From positions 1-64,000 of the IMG/VR virus record IMGVR_UViG_3300025276_004419: a DNA stretch of 64,000 bases; one strand, 5' to 3'. This document shows, piece after piece, positions 37,827 to 46,070 of this stretch. How positions within the stretch are numbered: the stretch's first letter is position 1; the number at the start of each line of letters is the position of its first letter. The position numbers were made by a program, and so were the translations under genes. Source of the DNA: a virus. A model generated the notes under the pieces. It did no database searches, was not told the origin of the DNA, and saw nothing but the letters and a program-made list of their open reading frames with translations.

Positions 37827-40139
37827 ATGAAAGAACCAAAAATTTTTGGACATGGTCCTTATATAGGAACAACAGGTTATAACAACCATACACGTGATTT
37901 TTTTAGGGGTCTATCTAACCACCACCCATTAAAATTTCGTAACTTTACTGTAGGTAGTAGTTGGGAAGGTATGAATAAAGAACCACATAATGGGGAATCT
38001 TACCTCCTTGATATAGATAAAAATATACTCCACCAACAAACATACTACACCTCAGAGGGTGATATGGTTGATGGTGAAATATACCCTAATAATGGAGAAA
38101 ATTTTAACCATAATGTAAATTTAATTTTGATGGAAACTAACCATCATTATTTTTTTCACAATTATAAAGGACCTAAAATAGCTTATAATGTTTGGGAATC
38201 TACGAAACAACCGGAAGCATTTTTTAATAAATTATTAGAATTTGATCAAATCTGGGTCCCATCACAATGGCAGGCAGATTGTACTATTGAACAAGGTGCT
38301 GATCCTGATAAAGTAAAAGTAGTCCCTGAGGGGGTAGATACAGAAACATTTTTTCCTGAAGATCCTCAAACTACATTAGACTATGTAGATGGTCGTTTTA
38401 AATTTATTCACTTTGGAAGGTGGGATTATAGAAAATCTACAAAAGAAATTATTAAAACTTTCTTAAAAGAATTTAAACCCGAAGAACCCGTAGATTTAAT
38501 TTTATCTATTGATAATATGTGGGGCAAAGATATGGATAGTTTTGAAACAACTGAAGAAAGACTAAAACATTATGGTTTTACGGACGAACGTTTAAAAATT
38601 AAACATTTTCCATCAAGAGAAGATTATATTACGTATTTAAAAAATGGTCATGTATTTTTGTCTTGTGCTCGTAGTGAAGGTTGGAATTTACCTTTAATTG
38701 AAGCCATGGCTTGTGGTACCCCATCTATATACTCAGCGGATTCAGCTCAAATGCAATTTGCATCAGGTAAGGGTCTACCAGTAAAAATATTAGGCGAAAA
38801 ACCTGCAACATCTAATGATTATGGTCGCTATACTATGAGTGATCTTCCAGGAAATTACCCAGAACCCGATTTCGAAGATTTAGCTATCGTAATGCGTGAT
38901 GCATTTGAAAATTATACTGACTATAAAAAACGTGCTATAGAAGAAGCAAAGTTGATTCATCGTGATTTTAATTGGAAAAATGTAGCTCAAATTGGTAGTA
39001 ATACTATTAAAGAATTTATGGATAATTATGTAGCCCCTGCTATTAAACCTAATACTATTAATGTTTCGTATTTAGAGGGTCCTAAAGTAGAAATTTTAGG
39101 GGACAACCCTGAAGAATATACAATAGAATTTATTAACGGGGATACTAATGAAGTAGTATTTAGTGATAAAATTACTAATGGAATGTGGACCACGTGTAAC
39201 AAAAAATATTATATTCCTTGGATTATAAAAGTTAATGGAGAGATAGTAAATAAATTTAGTTTAAAAGATAAAAAGGTTTTAATAGGTTTAGATTCAAATT
39301 CAATAGGAGACACTATAGCATGGACTCCATATGCTGTTGAATTTGCTAAAAAGCATAATTGTCAAGTCCTTTTATCTACCCACCATAACTCATGGTTTGA
39401 GGGCGTTGATGCTTATAAAGATATTAAATTTATTACCCCTGGGGATTTTGAACCTTGCCACGCTATGTATAGAATTGGATGGTTTAAAGATGATGAGGGT
39501 TTTTGGAAAGATTTTAATAAACACCCTAACCAAGTTAATTTATACCCATTACAACAAACTGCTGCTGATATTTTAGGTTTAGAATTTAAAGAATTAAATC
39601 ATGGGTTAGTATTTAATAAAAATGCAACCCCAATTAAGTCTAAATACGTAGTTATAGGACCAGAATCAACAGCAGGGTGTAAAGAGTGGCCTAGACAAAA
39701 TTGGAACGTTTTAGCTAAATTACTAAATCAACAAGGATATACAGTAATAACTTTAACTAAAAACCCACTTAAAATCCCAGGTACGATTAATGTTTACAAT
39801 AAACCTTTTGATGTTTTAGCTAATTATTTACTTAATGCTGATTTATTTATAGGTTTAAGCTCCGGATTATCTTGGTTTAATTGGGGGTTAGGTAAAAAAA
39901 CAGTAATGATGAATGGTTTTACCTCTAAAGAACATGAATTCCAAACTAAAGTTACTCGTATACGTGAGGAAAGTGTTTGTAATTCTTGTTGGGTTAATCC
40001 AAATTTTAAATTTGATGCTGGGGATTGGGATTGGTGTCCTATATGGAAAGGAACAGATAAACAGCATACGTGTATGAAATCCGTCTCACCAACTCAAGTT
40101 TTTAAACAAGTTAAACAAATTTTAAATAGTAAAAAATAA
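37827..40139 (+). CDS. GT4-like glycosyltransferase fused to TibC/AAH-type (BAHT) protein O-heptosyltransferase-like domain
   Basis: N-half GT4 (GRWDYRK, RSEGWNLPLIEAMACGTP). C-half GDTIAWTPYA..F..KH.C, FIGLSSGLSW, CNSCW...FD..DWDWCP...TDKQHTC, matching the recalled TibC iron-finger Cys pattern. Confidence 0.85.
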   Translation: MKEPKIFGHGPYIGTTGYNNHTRDFFRGLSNHHPLKFRNFTVGSSWEGMNKEPHNGESYLLDIDKNILHQQTYYTSEGDMVDGEIYPNNGENFNHNVNLILMETNHHYFFHNYKGPKIAYNVWESTKQPEAFFNKLLEFDQIWVPSQWQADCTIEQGADPDKVKVVPEGVDTETFFPEDPQTTLDYVDGRFKFIHFGRWDYRKSTKEIIKTFLKEFKPEEPVDLILSIDNMWGKDMDSFETTEERLKHYGFTDERLKIKHFPSREDYITYLKNGHVFLSCARSEGWNLPLIEAMACGTPSIYSADSAQMQFASGKGLPVKILGEKPATSNDYGRYTMSDLPGNYPEPDFEDLAIVMRDAFENYTDYKKRAIEEAKLIHRDFNWKNVAQIGSNTIKEFMDNYVAPAIKPNTINVSYLEGPKVEILGDNPEEYTIEFINGDTNEVVFSDKITNGMWTTCNKKYYIPWIIKVNGEIVNKFSLKDKKVLIGLDSNSIGDTIAWTPYAVEFAKKHNCQVLLSTHHNSWFEGVDAYKDIKFITPGDFEPCHAMYRIGWFKDDEGFWKDFNKHPNQVNLYPLQQTAADILGLEFKELNHGLVFNKNATPIKSKYVVIGPESTAGCKEWPRQNWNVLAKLLNQQGYTVITLTKNPLKIPGTINVYNKPFDVLANYLLNADLFIGLSSGLSWFNWGLGKKTVMMNGFTSKEHEFQTKVTRIREESVCNSCWVNPNFKFDAGDWDWCPIWKGTDKQHTCMKSVSPTQVFKQVKQILNSKK

Positions 40140-40143
40140 CATA

Positions 40144-40152
40144 ATATTTATA
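40144..40152 (+). promoter_or_regulatory. putative late promoter
   Basis: ATATTTATA. Confidence 0.5.
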
Positions 40153-40155
40153 ACC

Positions 40156-40407
40156 ATGGAAAAAGTTTCGTTAAGCAAAGAAGAAATTCAAATTATTAAG
40201 GACATCCAACAAACAGAACAAGAAATTGTATCCCAATTAGGTCAAATCGAATATCAAATTTTATCTCTTAATTCACAAAAAGAAGATTTAAAAAATGCTA
40301 TTAAAGATATTAACAATAAAGGGAATAAATTAGGAGAAGATCTTCAACAAAAATATGGAGACGGATCTATTAACATAGAAACAGGAGAATTCACGAAATC
40401 GAATTAA
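40156..40407 (+). CDS. small coiled-coil hypothetical protein
   Basis: 83 aa, heptad pattern, KYGDGSINIETGEF end. Confidence 0.55.
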   Translation: MEKVSLSKEEIQIIKDIQQTEQEIVSQLGQIEYQILSLNSQKEDLKNAIKDINNKGNKLGEDLQQKYGDGSINIETGEFTKSN

Positions 40408-40425
40408 TTTTTGATCCTCTCTTGA

Positions 40426-40434
40426 ATATTTATA
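40426..40434 (+). promoter_or_regulatory. putative late promoter
   Basis: ATATTTATA before sheath. Confidence 0.65.
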
Positions 40435-40456
40435 ACAAAATAATAATTACAACACA

Positions 40457-42196
40457 ATGGCAGAAACTTTAATATCACCCGGTGTATTAGCAAGAGAGAA
40501 TGACCAGTCATTTATTACTCAACAACCCGTACAAGTAGGTGCTGCAATCGTAGGTCCTGCAGTTAAAGGTCCAGTAGAAATACCTACAATTGTTACATCA
40601 TACAGTGATTATCAAAACAGATTTGGAACTACTTTTGACAGCGGTAGTGAAGTATTTAGTTACTTTACTTCTATTGCTGCTTATAATTATTTCAATAACG
40701 GAGGTAATACTTTACTAGTAAGTAGAGTAGTATCAGGTTCAAGCTCTTGGGCGTATGCAACTGCTTCAATTGTTGATGGTAATCCATTTGCGAGTTCTTC
40801 ATTTGAATTAGAAGCCATTGATAAAGGTGAAATTTGGAACAATACAGGTTCAATGGTATCTGGCTCATTAGTTTCAGGTTCATCCGATAATGTTAGATGG
40901 CAAGTAGTGGGTCGTAATGAAGCATCAGGAACTTTTTCATTAGTAATTAGAAGAGGAAATGATACAACAAACAACCCAGTTGTCTTAGAACAATTTAATA
41001 ACTTATCTTTAGATCCAAATCAACCAAATTTCATTTCAGCTGTAATTGGTGATACTAAATTTAATTACAACGAAGCTGAAAATTACTTAGAAGTATCAGG
41101 TTCATATGCAAACGGTTCTAGATACGTAAGAGTTAAAAAAGTAAATCAACCAACCCCAAATTATTTAGATAATGCTGGAAATGCTCAAGAGCAATTTACA
41201 GGTTCTATCCCAGCATTAGGGTCAGGTTCTATAGGTGGTGCTTTCCAAGCAGGTGTAGGTAGTCTCATTAATGCTACTATAGCTGGAGGTGGTAATTACT
41301 ACGAAAAAGCAGGTACTGGTGCTTCAGCTGTAACTCAGGGTTTGGTTAGTACTGATTATAATAATATGTTAAGTCTATTATCTAATCAAGATGATTATAG
41401 ATTCAATGCACTACTTACCCCAGGTTTGATAGACAAAGTTCACGCTTCTCAAACAACAACAGCAATTAATAATACTCAAGGTAGAGGAGATAGCCTTTAT
41501 ATTTTAGATCCTGTACTATATGGTTCAACCATTGCTACTACAACAGGTCAAGCTAATGCTAGGAATACTTCATACGCAGCTGTATACTGGCCTTGGTTAC
41601 AGACATTCGAACCTGATTCCGGTAAAAATGTTTGGATCCCAGCGTCAACAATGATCGGGGGAGTTTACGCATTTAACGACAATGTAAGCGAGCCATGGTT
41701 TGCCCCAGCGGGTATCAACAGAGGGGGATTAACCAACGTAATTCGCCCGGAAAGAAAGTTGTCTCAAGCAAATAGAGATACTTTATACGAAGCAAATGTT
41801 AACCCAATAGCTTCATTCCCTGGAACAGGAACAGTAGTATATGGTCAGAAAACACTACAACGTCAAGCAAGTGCTTTAGACAGAGTAAATGTTAGAAGAT
41901 TATTAATTGCTCTTAAATCTTACATTAGCCAAATTGGTCAAACTTTAGTATTTGAACAAAATACAGCAGCAACAAGAAATAACTTCTTAGCTGCAGTAAA
42001 CCCATATTTGGAAACAGTCCAACAAAGACAAGGTTTATACGCGTTTAAAGTAGTAATGGATGATAGCAATAACACTCCAGATGTAATCGATAGAAACCAA
42101 TTAATAGGTGCTATTTACTTACAACCTACTAGAACAGCAGAATTCATTTACCTAGACTTTAATGTATTACCTACGGGAGCAACTTTCCCAGCGTAA
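40457..42196 (+). CDS. tail sheath protein (T4 gp18-like)
   Basis: SPGVLARE.D, PWFAPAG..RG, VYGQKTL, LDRVNVRRLL, PTRTAEFI. Confidence 0.95.
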   Translation: MAETLISPGVLARENDQSFITQQPVQVGAAIVGPAVKGPVEIPTIVTSYSDYQNRFGTTFDSGSEVFSYFTSIAAYNYFNNGGNTLLVSRVVSGSSSWAYATASIVDGNPFASSSFELEAIDKGEIWNNTGSMVSGSLVSGSSDNVRWQVVGRNEASGTFSLVIRRGNDTTNNPVVLEQFNNLSLDPNQPNFISAVIGDTKFNYNEAENYLEVSGSYANGSRYVRVKKVNQPTPNYLDNAGNAQEQFTGSIPALGSGSIGGAFQAGVGSLINATIAGGGNYYEKAGTGASAVTQGLVSTDYNNMLSLLSNQDDYRFNALLTPGLIDKVHASQTTTAINNTQGRGDSLYILDPVLYGSTIATTTGQANARNTSYAAVYWPWLQTFEPDSGKNVWIPASTMIGGVYAFNDNVSEPWFAPAGINRGGLTNVIRPERKLSQANRDTLYEANVNPIASFPGTGTVVYGQKTLQRQASALDRVNVRRLLIALKSYISQIGQTLVFEQNTAATRNNFLAAVNPYLETVQQRQGLYAFKVVMDDSNNTPDVIDRNQLIGAIYLQPTRTAEFIYLDFNVLPTGATFPA

Positions 42197-42211
42197 GAGT
42201 TTAGATAACGA

Positions 42212-42220
42212 ATATTTATA
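42212..42220 (+). promoter_or_regulatory. putative late promoter
   Basis: ATATTTATA before tube. Confidence 0.65.
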
Positions 42221-42240
42221 ATAGAATAAAATAAATAACA

Positions 42241-42729
42241 ATGGCAGTATTAGATCCAAATGAAATTTTCTTTACAGCGTTTGAGCCCAAACAAGCAAAC
42301 AGGTTCATCATGTATATTGATGGTTTCCCCGCTTACACCGTAAAAGGCGTAGGTGCTGTAACTTTAAGTCAAGGTACAGTGGCTTTAAACCACATTAACG
42401 TTCAACGTTTTGTTAAAGGTAAATCAACCTGGGGACCAATTACATTCACGTTATTTGATCCAATTACTCCTTCAGGCGCTCAATCCGTAATGGAGTGGGT
42501 ACGTTTACACCACGAATCAGTTACTGGTAGAGATGGTTATTCAGATTTCTACAAGAAAGATTTAACATTTAACGTATTAGGTCCAGTAGGTGACATAGTA
42601 TCAGAATGGATAATCAAAGGTGCTATGATTACTGAAGCAGGTTTTGGTGAGTATGGTTGGGATACTGAAAATCAAGCTATTAACTTGACAATGACAGTTC
42701 AACCAGATTACTGTATCTTGAACTTCTAG
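42241..42729 (+). CDS. tail tube protein (T4 gp19-like)
   Basis: Follows sheath; FEPKQANRF, WGPITFTL.D, EW.IKGA motifs. Confidence 0.88.
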   Translation: MAVLDPNEIFFTAFEPKQANRFIMYIDGFPAYTVKGVGAVTLSQGTVALNHINVQRFVKGKSTWGPITFTLFDPITPSGAQSVMEWVRLHHESVTGRDGYSDFYKKDLTFNVLGPVGDIVSEWIIKGAMITEAGFGEYGWDTENQAINLTMTVQPDYCILNF

Positions 42730-42753
42730 AAAAAAATCAATATTTTTATAAAT

Positions 42754-42782
42754 AGAGCTTGGCTTAGGTCAGGCTCTTTTTT
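42754..42782 (+). terminator. intrinsic terminator after tail tube
   Basis: AGAGCTTGGC-TTAG-GTCAGGCTCT plus T5. Confidence 0.8.
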
Positions 42783-42788
42783 ATATTC

Positions 42789-42797
42789 ATATGTATA
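42789..42797 (+). promoter_or_regulatory. putative late promoter
   Basis: ATATGTATA after terminator. Confidence 0.6.
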
Positions 42798-42822
42798 CAC
42801 GATAAACGTTATAAAATAAGAT

Positions 42823-43557
42823 ATGAGTTTTAACTTACCAACAGAAACAATCGAATTACCTTCAAAAGGTCTACTATATCCTGAAGGTCACCCACTATCA
42901 AACGGTACTATTGAAATTAAGTATATGACTGCTAAGGAAGAAGATATCCTTACTAATCAAAACTACATTCAAAACGGCACTGTATTAGATAAACTATTAA
43001 AATCATTAATTATAACTAAGTTTGATTATAACGATTTAGTTATTGGTGATAAAAATGCTGTAATGATCGCTGCTCGTATCTTAGGATATGGAGCTGAATA
43101 TAAATTCCAGTATAATGGTGTAGAAGAAACTGTTGACTTATCCGAAATTGACAATAGACCTCTAGATGAATCTTTATATATTAAGGGTCAAAACGAATTT
43201 TCTTTTAAACTCCCTACTTCAGACAATACTATTACATTTAAATTTTTAACTCAGGGTGATGAAGTTAAAATTAACAGGGAGTTAGAAGGACTAAAAAAAT
43301 TAAAAAAAGATGAATCTCCTGAGTTAACTACTCGTTTAAAATATATGATCACATCTATTAATGGTGATCCGGAAATTAAAATGATTAGAGAATTTATTGA
43401 TCAAGCCTTCCTAGCTCGAGACGCTAGGGCATTTAGAGAATATATTTTAAAAATTCAACCAGACGTGGATTTAACTTTTTTTCCCTCTACTTCAAACAAA
43501 TCAATCTCTCTCCCAATTGGGATTAACTTTTTTTGGCCTGACGCCAACCTCGGCTAA
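42823..43557 (+). CDS. tail assembly chaperone / baseplate hub assembly protein (gp26-like)
   Basis: ELPSKGLLYP, MTAKEEDIL, LPIGINFFWP; lies between tube and tape measure. Confidence 0.75.
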   Translation: MSFNLPTETIELPSKGLLYPEGHPLSNGTIEIKYMTAKEEDILTNQNYIQNGTVLDKLLKSLIITKFDYNDLVIGDKNAVMIAARILGYGAEYKFQYNGVEETVDLSEIDNRPLDESLYIKGQNEFSFKLPTSDNTITFKFLTQGDEVKINRELEGLKKLKKDESPELTTRLKYMITSINGDPEIKMIREFIDQAFLARDARAFREYILKIQPDVDLTFFPSTSNKSISLPIGINFFWPDANLG

Positions 43558-43816
43558 ACAGTATAGGTTAAATTTTTTAACTCAAATCCATGAAATTTGT
43601 TTTTATGGACAAGGAGGGTATTCTTGGCCTGTAGTTTACGATATGCCTTTATGGTTACGTAAATTTACTTATGCTAAAATTAAAGATCACTACGACAAAC
43701 AATCAGAAATGTCTAAAAAGTCTAAAGAATCATCCAACCCTAATGTCCAAACCCTTATTAGTGAAGATGGTACAATAAAAAATCCAAATGCCTTTAAAAA
43801 AACTAACTACAGTTAA
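43517..43816 (+). CDS. second tail chaperone frame, probably expressed by frameshift from 42823
   Basis: No ATG near its 5' end; overlaps the upstream ORF across a T7 run (43528-43534) in the +1 frame. Confidence 0.65.
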   Translation: MGLTFFGLTPTSAKQYRLNFLTQIHEICFYGQGGYSWPVVYDMPLWLRKFTYAKIKDHYDKQSEMSKKSKESSNPNVQTLISEDGTIKNPNAFKKTNYS

Positions 43817-43824
43817 TATTTATT
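43816..43824 (+). promoter_or_regulatory. putative late promoter (variant)
   Basis: ATATTTATT before tape measure. Confidence 0.5.
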
Positions 43825-43840
43825 ACCATATGAATGCACT

Positions 43841-45820
43841 ATGGCCCTAAAAGACGATATAAAAGAAGCAAGAGAGGAACTTATTGCTCTAGATGGTGAA
43901 CTTAAAGGTATTGGAGAACAATTAAAAGAAGGAATTGGTTTTCAAATGGAGGCCCTAAATGAAACTACTCAAAAAGTAGCAAAAAGTTTTCAAAGAGATT
44001 TAGGAAGTGCTATAAATAGATCTAATAAAAGCCTTGATGAACAAGAGAAAATTAGACAAAAAATCCTTAAAGGTCAAGACGCTTCTAAAGAAATTGAAAA
44101 GGAATTAACTAAAGTTCAAAAAGAACGAGATACTATTTTAAGAAAAATAGAAGGTCTTAAAAGAGCAGGAGTAGCGTTTAATGCTGAAGAAGTTCTTTTA
44201 TTAGAAGAAAGTTTAGGGGCTCAAGAATCATCTTTATCAACTCTTAATGAGATAAATACTACTCAAATTGCTAACAGAGGTATTACAGGAAATATCCTTG
44301 AAAATGCTAAAGAATATTTAATAACTTTAGATAAATCAGGTTTAGCAACTAAATTACTAAATGGGGGCTTAGATACTACTCAAAAATTATCCTTAGCAGG
44401 TGAAACTGCTATGTTAGCCTTAGCTAATGCAGCTTTAGCAGGTAGTGATAACATAAACAACCTTCAGAAAAACTTAGGAATTAGTTATGAAGCGGCTTAT
44501 GACTTACAAAATAGTTTAGCTATAACATCAGCTACTTCCGATAAATTATATGTAACTTCAGAACTCCTTAACAAAGCATTTACTGATTTAGCAACCCAAA
44601 CTGGTATAGTTTCTGATTTTGGGGGTGATACATTAGTTACAATGACGGCTTTAACTAAACAACTAGGTTTAGGAACAGCAGAAGCAACTCAATTAGCCCT
44701 TTTAGCAAGAACACAAAGTACGGATACAGAAGGGGTGTTGGAAAATACCGTGGCTACTGTGTCGGCTCTTAATCAACAAAACGGCGTCGCCATTAGTGCT
44801 AAAGCAGTGTTAAACGACATAGCAACCGCATCTAAAGCCATAGTAGTGTCATTAGGCATGTCACCTGAGATACTAGCTGAAGCAGCTACTGAAGCACGAG
44901 CATTAGGTTTAAGTTTATCACAAGTTGATGCCATAGCAGGTTCATTATTAGATTTTGAATCATCTATTGAAAATGAACTAAAATTCCAGATGTTAACTGG
45001 TAAGGAAATAAACCTCACCAAAGCTCGACAATTAGCATTAGATAATGACTTAGCTGGACTTTCAGAAGAGATAGCAAATAATACTGGAATTACTGAGGCA
45101 TTTGCTACAGGTAATAGAATTCAACAAGAAGCAGCAGCAGCAGCTTTAGGGATGTCTCGTGAGGATTTAGGTAACATGGTTTACCAACAAGAATTACTAA
45201 ATTTAGGGGCAGAAGGATTTACAGAAGCGTATGGTGAAACAGCATACCAATCTATGTTAGCGATGTCAGCTACAGACAAATTTGAAGCCTCATTAGTTAA
45301 AGTTAAGGGTGTTATTGGTGATATAGGAACTATATTTTCACCTATTATTGATGGTTTTGCTTCTTTAGTAGGCTATTTAGCTAAATCTAAGATATTATTA
45401 GGAGCTCTAGCAGGTGTTATGGCTGTGTTAGTGGGAATACAAGGTGCTCTAGCTGTAACAAGTTTAGTAACTGCTTATGCTGAGATATTTAAAGGTTCTT
45501 TTATGGCTGGTCCTTTTGGTTTACCTATAGCTATAGCAGGTGCTGCTGCTTTAGGAGGATTAGTAGCAGGAGCACAATCAGTAGAAGATGGTATCGCAGA
45601 TTCATCTCGTGGTCCCTTTACTATTACTGATTCATATGGTAAGATGGCTATAACAGCTAAAGGTGATAATTTAGCAGTATCTCCAAACATCAATAGTAGT
45701 GGAGGTTCAGATTCTAAAATGCTTTCAGTACTAGAACAAATAGCAAAGAAAGACTCAAATGTTTATATGGATTCATCGAAAGTTGGGTATGCTGAATCAT
45801 TAAGCTATAGTAAACTATAA
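43841..45820 (+). CDS. tape measure protein
   Basis: Long Ala/Leu-rich helical ORF after the chaperones; hydrophobic C-terminal segment. Confidence 0.8.
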   Translation: MALKDDIKEAREELIALDGELKGIGEQLKEGIGFQMEALNETTQKVAKSFQRDLGSAINRSNKSLDEQEKIRQKILKGQDASKEIEKELTKVQKERDTILRKIEGLKRAGVAFNAEEVLLLEESLGAQESSLSTLNEINTTQIANRGITGNILENAKEYLITLDKSGLATKLLNGGLDTTQKLSLAGETAMLALANAALAGSDNINNLQKNLGISYEAAYDLQNSLAITSATSDKLYVTSELLNKAFTDLATQTGIVSDFGGDTLVTMTALTKQLGLGTAEATQLALLARTQSTDTEGVLENTVATVSALNQQNGVAISAKAVLNDIATASKAIVVSLGMSPEILAEAATEARALGLSLSQVDAIAGSLLDFESSIENELKFQMLTGKEINLTKARQLALDNDLAGLSEEIANNTGITEAFATGNRIQQEAAAAALGMSREDLGNMVYQQELLNLGAEGFTEAYGETAYQSMLAMSATDKFEASLVKVKGVIGDIGTIFSPIIDGFASLVGYLAKSKILLGALAGVMAVLVGIQGALAVTSLVTAYAEIFKGSFMAGPFGLPIAIAGAAALGGLVAGAQSVEDGIADSSRGPFTITDSYGKMAITAKGDNLAVSPNINSSGGSDSKMLSVLEQIAKKDSNVYMDSSKVGYAESLSYSKL

Positions 45821-45826
45821 AATTTA

Positions 45827-45835
45827 ATATTTATA
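45827..45835 (+). promoter_or_regulatory. putative late promoter
   Basis: ATATTTATA. Confidence 0.6.
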
Positions 45836-45850
45836 ACAAAACACAATATT

Positions 45851-46066
45851 ATGGGATTATTAGATCAATTAACAAAAAACGGTTCAAATTTAACTTCATT
45901 TAACGGAGCTACCCCTGCTAATATGCCTGGGGCAAGTGATTTATCACCTCTTCATGATGAATATTCACTTAATGGTACCCCTATTATATTGAATAAACCA
46001 CAACCCTCTATATTAGATTTAGACGGTTTAACTCCTGCTAAGTACACAGATAACCTCCCAAAATAA
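45851..46066 (+). CDS. hypothetical protein
   Basis: 71-aa ORF preceded by ATATTTATA. Confidence 0.5.
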   Translation: MGLLDQLTKNGSNLTSFNGATPANMPGASDLSPLHDEYSLNGTPIILNKPQPSILDLDGLTPAKYTDNLPK

Positions 46067-46070
46067 TTAA

